Assembly (NCBI GenBank): GCA_045047115.1
Contig: JASFYR010000031.1
Span: 1-28,797 of the forward strand
Source of the DNA: Sulfurospirillum sp.
GTDB taxonomy: Bacteria; Campylobacterota; Campylobacteria; Campylobacterales; Sulfurospirillaceae
DNA length: 28,797 nt
Direction of reading: 5' to 3'
Shown: positions 7,765-17,302 of the stretch, in pieces
Numbering within the stretch: the first letter of the stretch is position 1
Layout of the letters: every line of letters starts with the position of its first letter
Program-made: the position numbers and the translations under genes
The notes under the pieces: generated by a model
Databases searched by the model: none
Told to the model about the DNA's origin: nothing
The model's input: the letters and a program-made list of their open reading frames with translations, nothing else

Positions 7765-9863
7765 TAGCTCTCCTTAAATAATTTTTTTGCAAGCTTATCG
7801 GCCTTGCTTGTGTTTGTATCTTTTCTTAGAGTGTTAAATATCTTGCTGATATAATCACCTATAATTTTTTGAGAGTTTATGACTTTTTGACCCATGACTT
7901 CAACTCTCTTATAGCTTCTGTCATTTTGTAGCTCCCATGCTAAATAGTTGTCATTTAGTTGAAGTTGGAGTATCTCTAAAAGTTTCTCTTGCAAAGCTTT
8001 TTCCATGATCGGAGTCATAAGCTCTAGCCTTCTCTCCAGGTTTCTAGGCATCCAATCTGCGCTAGATATAAACATACTCGGATCTGAATTTTTAAAATAA
8101 AATATCCTTGCATGTTCTAAGTATCTTCCAACTATGGATACAACTCTGATATTTTCACTGATTCCTTTTATGCCAGGTTTCAAACAGCATATGCCTCGAA
8201 TAATCAAGTCAATTTTGACTCCGTTCATGGAAGCGTTATAGAGTGCTTTTATGACATCACTATCGACTAAAGAGTTCATTTTGGCGATTATTCTTCCCTC
8301 TTCACCTTTTACGGTTTCATTGTTTATCATGGCTAAAAGTCTTGGTTTTATCTGTGTTGGAGACATGCTGAGAGTCTCTAATTTTTGATTTTTGGAGAAT
8401 CCTGAGAGTATATGAAAAAATGTTGTGGTATCTTTTGCAAACTCATCTTTGCATGTGAAGTAACTGACATCTGTGTATATCTTTGCTGTTGCACCATTGT
8501 AATTTCCTGTACCTAAATGCATATAAAATTTCAAAATTCCATCTTCCTGACGAATGATTTGACATAGCTTTGCATGCACTTTGAAGCCTGTTATACCATA
8601 TATGACATGGGCACCTGCCTGCTCCAGTTCTCTTGCCCAGTGAAGATTGTTCTCTTCGTCAAATCTCGCTTTTAATTCCACCATAACCGTTACCTGTTTG
8701 CCATTGTTTGCGGCATCTATGAGTGATTGGATGATTTGAGAATTTTTTTCAACCCTGTAGAGTGTCATACGAATTGATATAACTTTTGGATCTTTTGCCG
8801 CCTCTTTTATGAGCCTTGTTACCGGCTCAAAACTTTCATAAGGGTGATATAATAAGATATTGTTTTTTCTAATAGTTCTGAAAATCGATTCATTTTTATT
8901 TAATGGTGGCAGTATTTTGGGATTGTACGGTGGCAGAGTAAGCTGAGAAAAGTTTTTGTTTCCTACTATCTCCCATAGTGCCCCTAAATTGAGTGGAAGA
9001 TTGTAGGTATATGTATCTTTTGAAAAGATATTCATATGGGAGTTTAAAAATTCCAATATGTCCGGATCTGCCCCATCTTGTATGTCAAGTCTTACAAAAG
9101 CACCTTTTCGTCGAAGTTTTAAACCTTGTTCCATTATGAGCATAAAGTCGTCTGCTTCTTCTTCTTCTATGACTATATCTGCGTTTCTAGTGACTCTAAA
9201 AGCCGCACTTGAGATGAGTTTGTAACCTGGAAATATATCTTCAACATGCTCGTGGACGATAGACTCTATGGGTACATAATGATTGTCATTGACTTGAAAA
9301 AATCTCGGAAGTACTCTGGTGATTCTTATCATGCCGTATTTGTATTTTTCATCATTTATACCATCACTCAATTTTACTGCAAGTGAAAAACTGAGGTTAT
9401 TAAGATGAGGAAAAGGATGAGTCGCATTTACTGCTATTGGAATGATAACAGGTAAAATATTTGAAAAAAAGAATTCATCAGCTTTCTCTTTGAGCTCATC
9501 TTCTAAATTATCATAATTTTTTATGAAAAGATTTTTACCTTCAAGTTTTTCGATTATCTCGTGATAGGTATCTTGAAGTATATCTTTTTCACTGCTTAAG
9601 TGTCCTCTTATCTCTCTTAACTGATCCAGTGGAGTCATTTTGTCGATTCCGGTTACTATGACACCGGCATTGTAGAGTTGCTTTAGTCCTGCTACTCTTA
9701 TCATATAAAACTCATCCAGATTTGTGCTGTATATGGCTAAAAATTTAAGCCTCTCTAAAAGTGGAAGCTCTGTTTTTCTAGCTTGTTCCAGTACTCTGGT
9801 GTTAAATTTAAGCCATGAGAGTTCTCTGTTTATAAAATAATCGGATTCATTTAAATTTGCCAT
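7764..9863 (-). CDS. ppk1: Polyphosphate kinase 1
   Basis: [62 protein letters not shown]. Confidence 0.98.
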   Translation of the reverse strand: MANLNESDYFINRELSWLKFNTRVLEQARKTELPLLERLKFLAIYSTNLDEFYMIRVAGLKQLYNAGVIVTGIDKMTPLDQLREIRGHLSSEKDILQDTYHEIIEKLEGKNLFIKNYDNLEDELKEKADEFFFSNILPVIIPIAVNATHPFPHLNNLSFSLAVKLSDGINDEKYKYGMIRITRVLPRFFQVNDNHYVPIESIVHEHVEDIFPGYKLISSAAFRVTRNADIVIEEEEADDFMLIMEQGLKLRRKGAFVRLDIQDGADPDILEFLNSHMNIFSKDTYTYNLPLNLGALWEIVGNKNFSQLTLPPYNPKILPPLNKNESIFRTIRKNNILLYHPYESFEPVTRLIKEAAKDPKVISIRMTLYRVEKNSQIIQSLIDAANNGKQVTVMVELKARFDEENNLHWARELEQAGAHVIYGITGFKVHAKLCQIIRQEDGILKFYMHLGTGNYNGATAKIYTDVSYFTCKDEFAKDTTTFFHILSGFSKNQKLETLSMSPTQIKPRLLAMINNETVKGEEGRIIAKMNSLVDSDVIKALYNASMNGVKIDLIIRGICCLKPGIKGISENIRVVSIVGRYLEHARIFYFKNSDPSMFISSADWMPRNLERRLELMTPIMEKALQEKLLEILQLQLNDNYLAWELQNDRSYKRVEVMGQKVINSQKIIGDYISKIFNTLRKDTNTSKADKLAKKLFKES

Positions 9864-9905
9864 AATACCGCCTCTATCAATTGTTAAATTAGTAAAACTA
9901 AATAT

Positions 9906-9914
9906 ATTATATCA
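9906..9914 (-). promoter_or_regulatory. Extended -10 promoter (TGaTATAAT) of ppk1
   Basis: Perfect TGnTATAAT in the uvrB-ppk1 gap. Confidence 0.55.
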
Positions 9915-9938
9915 AAAAATAGCAGATTTACTGTTTTT

Positions 9939-11915
9939 TTACAATTTTGCCAGTTTTGCTATCTCGTCTCTTAACCCAGCTGCTTTTTCAAACTCCAACT
10001 CTTTTGCTGCTTGGTGCATTTTTGCTCTTAGTTCTTTTATAATTTCTCTTTTTTGGCTTGGAGGAATTTTGTCTTTTTTGTCATATTTGTTGAAGATTTC
10101 ACCTATATCTTCTACTTTTAGATTTTCATCAAGTCCTCTTTTTGTTGAGGTTGGAGTGATGCCATGCTTTTTATTGTATTCTTCTTGGATTTCTCTTCTT
10201 TTAAGTGTGGTTTTTATGGCTTTTTCCATAGAATTTGTGATTTTTTTGGCAAACATCACGACTCTCCCGTTTATATTTCTAGCGGCTCGCCCCATCGTCT
10301 GTATCAGGCTTGTTTCGCTTCTTAAAAAGCCTTCTTTATCAGCATCTAGTATGGCTATAAGTGAGACTTCAGGCAAATCAAGTCCTTCTCTAAGTAGATT
10401 TATGCCTATAAGTACATCAAATTCTCCAAGTCTCAGAGCCCTTATGATCTGGTTTCTCTCTATCGCATCGATATCTGAGTGCATGTATTTGACTTTGAGT
10501 CCCAGTTCATTATAGTAGCGACTCAGCTCTTCTGCCATCTTTTTTGTTAAGACTGTGACGAGTACTCTCTCGTCTTTTTTTATCACCTCTTTAATGAGGT
10601 CGTATAATTTTTCTACTTGATTATCGCTGTCTAGTATCTCAACTTCCGGGTCAAGCAGTCCTGTCGGTCTTATGATTTGTTCAGCAATATTTTTGCCTGA
10701 AAGATTGAGTTCTAATTCATTTGGTGTGGCTGAAACAAAGAGAAAATGAGGTGCTTTGTTTATATACTCATCAAACATCAAAGGACGGTTATCAAGTGCA
10801 CTGGGAAGTCTGAATCCATACTCTACAAGCACCTCTTTTCGACTCCTGTCCCCTGCATACATGCCACGAAACTGAGAGAGACTTACATGTGATTCATCTA
10901 CTATGACAAGATACTCTTTTCCCATAGACTCAAAGTAGTCAAAGAGAGAAAAAGGGGTCTCTCCCTCCTTTTTGCCTGTGAGATATCTGGCGTAGTTTTC
11001 TACGCCTTTGCAAGCTCCTGTAGCTTGGAGCATCTCTAAGTCAAACTCAACTCTGCTCTTTAGCCTTTGATACTCTACAATTTTATCTTCCTCTTTTAAA
11101 AATGCCAATCTCTGTGCCAGTTCATCTTCTATCATTTTGATAGCATTTTGCAAACGACTCTGTCCGACTATAAACTGACTGGTGGCATATATGAGCACTT
11201 TTGGGACATCTTTTGTCTTTTGGTTGTTTATAACTTCAAAATAGTAGATACTCTCTATCTCATCACCAAAAAATTCTATCCTTATAGCTTCATCTTCACT
11301 GTATGCCGGATGTATATCTATAACATCTCCGTTTACTCTGAAACATCCCCGTTCAAAAAACGAGTCATTTCTTTTGTAGCCCATATCTACAAGTTGCAAG
11401 AGGAGTTTTTTTTGGTTTATCTCTTGCCTGACTTCGAGAGCTTGAACCATGCTTTTATACTCATTAGGATCGCCTAAACCATAATTTGCCGAAACAGAAG
11501 CTACACAAATCACATCATCAAAGCTCAAAAGGCTTGCAGTTGCACTAAGCCTGAGTCTCTCCAGTTCTTCATTTATAGAACTGTCTTTTTCTATAAAAAG
11601 ATCTCTTCTTGGTATGTAAGCCTCAGGCTGATAGTAGTCGTAGTAGGAGATGAAATACTCCACATGATTTTTTGGAAAGAAACCTTTAAACTCACTATAG
11701 AGCTGAGCCGCCAGAGTTTTATTGTGAGTCATGATGAGAGTTGGCATCTGCAACTCCTGTATAAGATTTGCCATGGTAAATGTTTTTCCGCTGCCCGTAA
11801 CACCTATGAGAGTCTGGTATCTGTTGCCTTTTTTTAAAGAGGCAGATAGCTTTTTTATAGCTTTAGGTTGGTCGCCCATAGGCGAAAAAGTACTGTTTAG
11901 TTGAAATTTTGTCAT
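9939..11915 (-). CDS. uvrB: Excinuclease ABC subunit B
   Basis: [38 protein letters not shown] and a C-terminal UVR domain. Confidence 0.99.
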   Translation of the reverse strand: MTKFQLNSTFSPMGDQPKAIKKLSASLKKGNRYQTLIGVTGSGKTFTMANLIQELQMPTLIMTHNKTLAAQLYSEFKGFFPKNHVEYFISYYDYYQPEAYIPRRDLFIEKDSSINEELERLRLSATASLLSFDDVICVASVSANYGLGDPNEYKSMVQALEVRQEINQKKLLLQLVDMGYKRNDSFFERGCFRVNGDVIDIHPAYSEDEAIRIEFFGDEIESIYYFEVINNQKTKDVPKVLIYATSQFIVGQSRLQNAIKMIEDELAQRLAFLKEEDKIVEYQRLKSRVEFDLEMLQATGACKGVENYARYLTGKKEGETPFSLFDYFESMGKEYLVIVDESHVSLSQFRGMYAGDRSRKEVLVEYGFRLPSALDNRPLMFDEYINKAPHFLFVSATPNELELNLSGKNIAEQIIRPTGLLDPEVEILDSDNQVEKLYDLIKEVIKKDERVLVTVLTKKMAEELSRYYNELGLKVKYMHSDIDAIERNQIIRALRLGEFDVLIGINLLREGLDLPEVSLIAILDADKEGFLRSETSLIQTMGRAARNINGRVVMFAKKITNSMEKAIKTTLKRREIQEEYNKKHGITPTSTKRGLDENLKVEDIGEIFNKYDKKDKIPPSQKREIIKELRAKMHQAAKELEFEKAAGLRDEIAKLAKL

Positions 11916-11921
11916 AATTGG

Positions 11922-11927
11922 ATTATA
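11922..11927 (-). promoter_or_regulatory. -10 box (TATAAT) 6 nt upstream of the uvrB ATG, probable leaderless promoter
   Basis: Minus strand reads TATAAT-ccaatt-ATG with no SD. Confidence 0.55.
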
Positions 11928-11967
11928 TCTGATTTGATCTTTTTTTGGAAGAATTATAGCGATAAAA

Positions 11968-11976
11968 TGGTATAAT
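11968..11976 (+). promoter_or_regulatory. Extended -10 promoter (TGgTATAAT) of the decarboxylase gene
   Basis: Perfect TGnTATAAT, followed by SD AAGGGAG and ATG 12007. Confidence 0.65.
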
Positions 11977-12006
11977 TATGGAAACTTTTGACAAGGGAGC
12001 GAAGCT

Positions 12007-13668
12007 ATGACTCTAGGTGATTTGGTGATTGATATAGTGAAAAAGTTGGGAGTAGAGCATATATTTGGAGTTCCTGGGGATTATAATTTAAGATTTTTGG
12101 ATTACATAGTAGATAACGATAAACTAAAATGGGTCGGTAATTGCAATGAGTTAAATGCTTCATATGCTGCTGACGGATATGCAAGAGAAAATGGTATAGG
12201 AGTTTTGGTAACAACTTTGGGGGTAGGGGAGCTTAGTGCGGCAAATGGGATAGCAGGCAGTTTTGCTCACAATATTCCTGTCTTGCATATAGTCGGATAT
12301 CCAAACAGTAGAGTTATAGAGTATGACATACCGGTTCATCATACACTTGCAAACTTTAAGAAGAACAGTTTTTTAGAGTCATTTACCCCTATCAGCGGTG
12401 CTACTACTATATTGACTGCGACAAATTACATAGAGGAGATTCAAAGGGTAGTGTCAACCATGCTTAAAACCAAGAAGCCGGTTTATCTCGGGATTCCTAC
12501 TGATCTGGTTGATATGGATGTGTCTGAAACTATGGAGGATATATACTTTTACTGTAAAAACGGTGATGCCCATATGATAAAAGAGATAGGGGATATCATC
12601 ATAAAAAGGTATCTTGTAGCTAAAAAACCGATGTTTCTACTTGGTGTAAATATAGCTAGATTTGGATGGAGAGACATGATGACAAAGATACTCCTTAAAA
12701 ATCAAGCAAAATTTGCTACAACTTTGATGGGAAAATCAATCATAAATGAAACAAGTGTGGCAAAGCCAAACTATCTGGGTATTTATGCGGGAGATTACAG
12801 TACCAAGGGTATGGTAAAAGTGATGCAAGATGCTGATTGTATCGTCTCTGTCGGTACAGTGGAGACAGATATAAACTGTGGCGGTTTTACTGAAGACGGT
12901 ATAGATTTTGACAATGTTATTACCATACGGCCAAACAGTGTAAAAATCGGTAAAACACTATACTCGGGAGTCAGTATAGATACGCTTTTGGAGTATATCT
13001 TGGAGAATATCACACTAAACAAAAAAGCAAAAATCGACTTTGAAGCAGATGAAGTTGAAGTCAGGGTTGAGGATTTTATAGATGATAAAAATAGACTAAA
13101 TCACAAAGATTTTTGGCCACTTGTTGCAAAAGAGATCGTAAAAGAGGGTGATATCGTAGTAGCAGAAGCAGGGACGGCACTGTTTGGGCTTGTCGGGCAA
13201 AACTTACCACCTAAGGTAGACTTTGTATCTCAACTTTTATGGGCCTCTATAGGTTATACGCTACCATCAGCCATCGGCTCAGCCATAGCATCACCCAAAA
13301 GAAGAGTTTTGCTCTTCATTGGAGACGGATCTTTTCAGCTTACGGCACAGGAGCTCAGCTTGATAGCCAGATACAATCTAAATATAACGGTTTTTTTGAT
13401 CAACAACAACGGTTACACGATAGAAAGAGCGATCCATGGAGCAAAACAGTCGTATAACGATATCTCCACCTGGAAATACCTGGATTTGGCAAGGTCTTTG
13501 GGGGTGGAAAAAACTATAAAAGTAGAAAATTTTAAAGATTTTATGGCAAATATAAACAATATAAATGAAACCGGTCCAAAGATGGTAGAGCTGTTTTTTG
13601 ATAAATTGGATTTTCCACCGCTTTTAAAGCAAATTTCAGATAAACTTGAAGAGGCAAACAGACAATGA
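12007..13668 (+). CDS. ThDP-dependent alpha-keto acid decarboxylase (pyruvate/indolepyruvate decarboxylase family)
   Basis: FGVPGDYNL, NELNASYAADGYAR, GVGELSA, VHHTL and the ThDP motif GDGSFQLTAQELS...NNNGYTIE. Confidence 0.93.
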   Translation: MTLGDLVIDIVKKLGVEHIFGVPGDYNLRFLDYIVDNDKLKWVGNCNELNASYAADGYARENGIGVLVTTLGVGELSAANGIAGSFAHNIPVLHIVGYPNSRVIEYDIPVHHTLANFKKNSFLESFTPISGATTILTATNYIEEIQRVVSTMLKTKKPVYLGIPTDLVDMDVSETMEDIYFYCKNGDAHMIKEIGDIIIKRYLVAKKPMFLLGVNIARFGWRDMMTKILLKNQAKFATTLMGKSIINETSVAKPNYLGIYAGDYSTKGMVKVMQDADCIVSVGTVETDINCGGFTEDGIDFDNVITIRPNSVKIGKTLYSGVSIDTLLEYILENITLNKKAKIDFEADEVEVRVEDFIDDKNRLNHKDFWPLVAKEIVKEGDIVVAEAGTALFGLVGQNLPPKVDFVSQLLWASIGYTLPSAIGSAIASPKRRVLLFIGDGSFQLTAQELSLIARYNLNITVFLINNNGYTIERAIHGAKQSYNDISTWKYLDLARSLGVEKTIKVENFKDFMANINNINETGPKMVELFFDKLDFPPLLKQISDKLEEANRQ

Positions 13669-13672
13669 GGGT

Positions 13673-13779
13673 TTTGATAGATTGATTTTTGATGTATTTG
13701 CTTAGAGGCAAATCCTCCCTCTGGTCTGAGCCTCACACAAGCACATAAAAAATCAATCTATCAAATTTTTACTTTTTTT
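13673..13779 (+). terminator. Long imperfect hairpin (about 93 bp) plus T-tract after the decarboxylase gene; terminator, structured RNA or MITE remnant
   Basis: 18-bp perfect IR at 13673-13690 / 13748-13765, inner atgt/acat, ttg/caa and gaggc/gcctc pairs, then tttttacttttttt. Confidence 0.6.
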
Positions 13780-13787
13780 GTTACAAT
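13779..13787 (+). promoter_or_regulatory. Putative extended -10 promoter (TGtTACAAT) of the zapB-like gene
   Basis: Matches TGnTAnAAT about 36 bp upstream of ATG 13824. Confidence 0.45.
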
Positions 13788-13823
13788 TATGTTTGGAAGA
13801 AAATTATATATTAGGAAAAAGAT

Positions 13824-14057
13824 ATGTTTAGTGAAGAGTTTACAGTCAGTAAATTGGTAGAGAAGGTGAGTGACTTGTTGAAGAGATTTGAAGATATGAA
13901 AACACAAAATGATGCTCTTAGGCAGGAAGTTGTAACTCTCAAAGCACAAAATGAGGCAAAAGATGCACAAATATTTAAGCTTCAAGAGGAGTTGACAACT
14001 AAAAATATCGAATCTGACGATATACTTGGCAAGATCGAGGAAGTTCTTCGAAGATGA
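13824..14057 (+). CDS. Small coiled-coil protein, ZapB-like cell division factor
   Basis: 77 aa all-helical heptad pattern (LVEKVSDLL...QNDALRQE), coupled to the next ORF by ATGA. Confidence 0.6.
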   Translation: MFSEEFTVSKLVEKVSDLLKRFEDMKTQNDALRQEVVTLKAQNEAKDAQIFKLQEELTTKNIESDDILGKIEEVLRR

Positions 14058-14278
14058 GCAAACTCTCCTGTCAGGTAGGTGCAAAGGATTTTGACATCAA
14101 TTTGGATGAGGATTTTTATGATTTTTTTATCGAAGACTTTAAAAAAACCTTCGGTGATAAAAAGAGTATAGAAGTCAAAGAACTTTTGAGAGCTTATGTT
14201 CAAAAAAGCTACAATGAGTACCAAGACAGAGAAAAAATCAAGCTTTTGCTTGATAGTATAGATGGTGTAAACAGTTAG
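14054..14278 (+). CDS. Hypothetical protein, possibly ZapA-like
   Basis: 74 aa. N-terminal beta-hairpin pattern (KLSCQVGAKDFDINL) then helices, following a ZapB-like gene. Confidence 0.5.
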   Translation: MSKLSCQVGAKDFDINLDEDFYDFFIEDFKKTFGDKKSIEVKELLRAYVQKSYNEYQDREKIKLLLDSIDGVNS

Positions 14279-14321
14279 TTTAAGTTGGAATTTAACTTAA
14301 TTTGACTAGAATCAAAGTTAA

Positions 14322-14341
14322 GATTGATAAGTGTATCAATC
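14322..14341. promoter_or_regulatory. Palindromic operator-like site GATTGATA-agtg-TATCAATC upstream of the pilin gene
   Basis: Perfect 8-bp IR just downstream of a TAGAAT -10-like box (14307-14312) and upstream of the SD. Confidence 0.35.
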
Positions 14342-14364
14342 AAAAAAATTTAAAGGAGTAAACC

Positions 14365-14847
14365 ATGAAAAAGGGTTTTACTATGATCGAGTTGATCTTC
14401 GTGATCGTCATACTAGGTATTTTGGCAGCAGTTGCGATTCCAAAGCTGGCCGCAACAAGAGATGATGCAAAAGCAGCATCAATTAAGACTGATATCGGTA
14501 CTGCTTTGCAGGCACTTCCAGCTTGGTATCAAGGACAGAAAGAAGTATCGTTTTTAAATGCGATGAGTTTAGATACAAATGTTTGGTCACATACTAGTGG
14601 AAAATGTCAGTATGTATATACTGATGACAGTAACGGTACCGTTACTATGTCTGCCGAGAATAATGATAGTTCTGATGTTGGTGATTGTAGTACTACTCCT
14701 GTAGATGCAAATGCTACAACGCAACCAACACTAGTTGTAACATTGTCAGCAGCTAGTGGTAATACAGGTATAGTCTATACGCTCCAAAATGATATGGGTG
14801 TAAATGATGCAAATGTTTCACTTGGCGGTAAAAAGGTTAAGTGGTAA
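14365..14847 (+). CDS. Type IV pilin / type II secretion pseudopilin, probably the major subunit
   Basis: MKKG|FTMIELIFVIVILGILAAVAIP N-methylation motif with Glu5, strong SD AAGGAG and two Cys. Confidence 0.9.
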   Translation: MKKGFTMIELIFVIVILGILAAVAIPKLAATRDDAKAASIKTDIGTALQALPAWYQGQKEVSFLNAMSLDTNVWSHTSGKCQYVYTDDSNGTVTMSAENNDSSDVGDCSTTPVDANATTQPTLVVTLSAASGNTGIVYTLQNDMGVNDANVSLGGKKVKW

Positions 14848-14851
14848 TAGC

Positions 14852-15331
14852 TTGAATAAAATTGCAAATGTAAAAGCAGGATTTACTCCTGCTTTTACTA
14901 TGATAGAGCTTATTTTTGTCATAATAGTTATCGGCATACTCTCTGCCATCGCCATACCAAAACTAGCGGCCAGTCGTGATGATGCAGTGCTTGTCAAAGG
15001 CAAATCTCAGATAGCTGCTATAAGAAGCGGAATTGCTATGCAAAAATCAAAAAGACTCCTTGAGGGTAAAGTTCCGTTTGTCCCTGTTACTTTAGATAAA
15101 AACACATCTCCGACTTCACTTTTTCATGATGGAGATTATGGCAATATCCTAGAATACGGTCTTCCAATCGGCTCAAAAGACGGACAGTGGGCAAGAGTAA
15201 GCCAAAACGCAAACAAGTCTGTATATAAATTTCATCTTGGTGGAACAGCAGTACAGTTTGATTACAATGCATCAAGCGGTATCTTTGATTGTGATCATGC
15301 TATTCAAAATTGTAAAGATTTAACGCAGTAA
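14852..15331 (+). CDS. Second prepilin-type protein (minor pilin); start uncertain (TTG 14852 or ATG 14804)
   Basis: PA|FTMIELIFVIIVIGILSAIAIPKL and a C-terminal Cys pair (CDHAIQNC). Confidence 0.85.
   Translation: MNKIANVKAGFTPAFTMIELIFVIIVIGILSAIAIPKLAASRDDAVLVKGKSQIAAIRSGIAMQKSKRLLEGKVPFVPVTLDKNTSPTSLFHDGDYGNILEYGLPIGSKDGQWARVSQNANKSVYKFHLGGTAVQFDYNASSGIFDCDHAIQNCKDLTQ
14870..14898 (+). terminator. Intrinsic terminator-like hairpin after the first pilin, inside the leader codons of the second
   Basis: gtaaaagcagga-tttac-tcctgcttttac, a 12-bp perfect IR with A/T tracts on both sides. Confidence 0.7.
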
Positions 15332-15332
15332 T

Positions 15333-17171
15333 TTGAAATCCTACTATCAAGTCTCCCTTCTTAACTCTCCTTTGTCACCTTTAACTTATGTTAGCGAGTA
15401 TGAACTAAAACCCGGCAATATTGTAAAAATCAAACTAAATGGCAAAGAAAAATCAGGAGCTATAATCTCAAAAACTTCAAAGCCTGATTTTAAATGTGAA
15501 GAGATTTTTGGTGTAAAAGATGAATATTTTACTCTTTCAACTCTTGCAAATGCAAAATTTATAAGTGATTATTATGTCTGTTCTTTGGGTGATGCACTCT
15601 CTCTTTTTATACCGAGTAGAAAAAATCAAATTGTGGTACAAAAGAGTGTTGATTCGGGTATAACTTTATCAGATGAGCAAGAAAAAGCCTATGAATTTAT
15701 CCAAAAAAAAAGCAGATCTCTACTCTTCGGAGATACAGGGAGCGGAAAGAGTGAGATATATATCAAATGTATACAAGAGTGTATGAACAGCGGAAAGAGT
15801 GCTATATTTTTGATGCCCGAAATAGGACTTACTCCACAGATGAAAAAAAGACTTAAAATTGTCTTTGGCGATATGGTTGCCATCTGGCACTCAAAAGTGA
15901 GCAAAAAGGCAAAAGAGAAGATTTTGGAAGACCTAAACAGTGGCAAAGTTGCTCTTGTAGCCGGAACCAGATCAGCACTTTTTCTTCCTCTGCAAAACTT
16001 AGGTTTGATAGTGGTGGATGAAGAGCATGATGACAGCTATAAATCAAACCAAAGACCAAGATACAATGCCAGAGATTTGGCACTTCTTTTTGCAAAAAGG
16101 AGCGAAGCAAAGATAGTGCTAGGAAGCGCAACTCCCTCTTTGGGGAGTTATAAGAATCTACCTAGATTTAGACTTAGAGGCACTTACTTCAAAAGTAAAA
16201 AGAGATTTATCTATGAAAACAGCGTAAGTGGTATAACTTCAGGAATGTTGCAAACGATAAAAGAGCATTTAGGCAAAAATGAACAGATTATCATCTTTTT
16301 GCCGACCCGGGCAAATTTTAAGTACATCACCTGTTTTGATTGTGGAGCAAATATCACCTGTCCGTATTGCAGTGTCGGTATGAGCCTGCATGTAAAGAAA
16401 AATGCACTTGTGTGTCACTACTGCAATTTCTCGGAGGCTGTTCCAAAAATCTGTCCAACATGCAAAGGGCAAAATCTACATTCCAACAGAATAGGAACAG
16501 CTGAAGTCGTATCAAGACTACAAGCTGAATTTAGTGATAAAGTAATAAAAAAATTTGACAGAGATGAAGTAAAAACAGCAAAACAACTAAACTCTATACT
16601 AAAAGATTTCAATGATAAAAAAATAGATATACTAGTGGGCACTCAAATGCTCTCAAAAGGGCATGACTATCACTCTATAGGACTCAGTGTCATCATGGGG
16701 ATTGACTCACTTTTGGGTATGCCGGACTTTAGAGCCAGAGAAAGAGCCATATCTTTAGTCTATCAAATTGCTGGACGAGCTGGAAGAAGCGGAGAGGGCG
16801 AAGTCTATATCCAAACCCAAAACAGTGAGCTAATCAGCAGATTTATGGGCGATTATGAAGATTTTCTAAATGACGAATTAACTCACAGAGAAGAGATATA
16901 TCCGCCATTTGTAAAGCTTTTGAAAGTCTTGGCATCGCATATAAAAGATGAAAAAGCAAATGAAATGATACAAAAGGCATATAAGCTTACATCTGCTTTT
17001 TCAAAGCTGGAAGTCGTAGGCTATGGCAAAGCCAACATAGAAAAAATAGCAAACAAATACAGATACAATATGCTCCTAAGAAGCACAGACACACAAGAAT
17101 TGCTAAAATTTGCCCATCTGTGCAAAACTCTACATGTAGAGATAGATATAGACCCACTCTCTTTCTCCTAA
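15333..17171 (+). CDS. priA: Primosomal protein N' (replication restart helicase)
   Basis: GDTGSGKSE, LMPEIGLTPQ, VVDEEHD, four CxxC pairs, GTQMLSKG, QIAGRAGR. Confidence 0.97.
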   Translation: MKSYYQVSLLNSPLSPLTYVSEYELKPGNIVKIKLNGKEKSGAIISKTSKPDFKCEEIFGVKDEYFTLSTLANAKFISDYYVCSLGDALSLFIPSRKNQIVVQKSVDSGITLSDEQEKAYEFIQKKSRSLLFGDTGSGKSEIYIKCIQECMNSGKSAIFLMPEIGLTPQMKKRLKIVFGDMVAIWHSKVSKKAKEKILEDLNSGKVALVAGTRSALFLPLQNLGLIVVDEEHDDSYKSNQRPRYNARDLALLFAKRSEAKIVLGSATPSLGSYKNLPRFRLRGTYFKSKKRFIYENSVSGITSGMLQTIKEHLGKNEQIIIFLPTRANFKYITCFDCGANITCPYCSVGMSLHVKKNALVCHYCNFSEAVPKICPTCKGQNLHSNRIGTAEVVSRLQAEFSDKVIKKFDRDEVKTAKQLNSILKDFNDKKIDILVGTQMLSKGHDYHSIGLSVIMGIDSLLGMPDFRARERAISLVYQIAGRAGRSGEGEVYIQTQNSELISRFMGDYEDFLNDELTHREEIYPPFVKLLKVLASHIKDEKANEMIQKAYKLTSAFSKLEVVGYGKANIEKIANKYRYNMLLRSTDTQELLKFAHLCKTLHVEIDIDPLSFS

Positions 17172-17239
17172 AAGGGGTCAGGGTTAAACTTTAAACTTTT
17201 TATTTTAAAAAGTTTAAAGTTTAACCCTGACCCCTTTTA
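17169..17239. repeat. Perfect palindrome with 34-bp arms and a 3-nt loop; REP/MITE-like, second copy in the window
   Basis: taaaaggggtcagggttaaactttaaacttttta-ttt-taaaaagtttaaagtttaaccctgacccctttta, beginning at the priA stop codon. Confidence 0.9.
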
Positions 17240-17302
17240 TATTTTATATTTTAATCTATATTTTTGTATAATGTCCTAAATCAATCAATAAAAGAGATAT
17301 AT

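Noticed and set aside
13673..13765. Hairpin as SRP RNA, 6S RNA or a TPP riboswitch (next to a ThDP enzyme and zap-like genes)
   Set aside because: It lacks the SRP GGAA-loop/AGCAG core and the TPP aptamer core, is about half the length of 6S RNA, and lies 3' of the enzyme gene.
14324..14339. Canonical FNR box
   Set aside because: The spacer between TTGAT and ATCAA is 6 nt, not 4. Kept only as a generic dyad.
15703..15711. A9 homopolymer in priA as a phase-variation tract
   Set aside because: In frame, Lys-coding and expected in AT-rich DNA. Phase-variable tracts in this group are usually poly-G/C, and none were seen.
1..17253. Palindromic repeats as a CRISPR array or integron attC sites
   Set aside because: Only two distant copies, with no repeat-spacer periodicity, no cas or integrase gene, and perfect arms lacking the extrahelical bases typical of attC.
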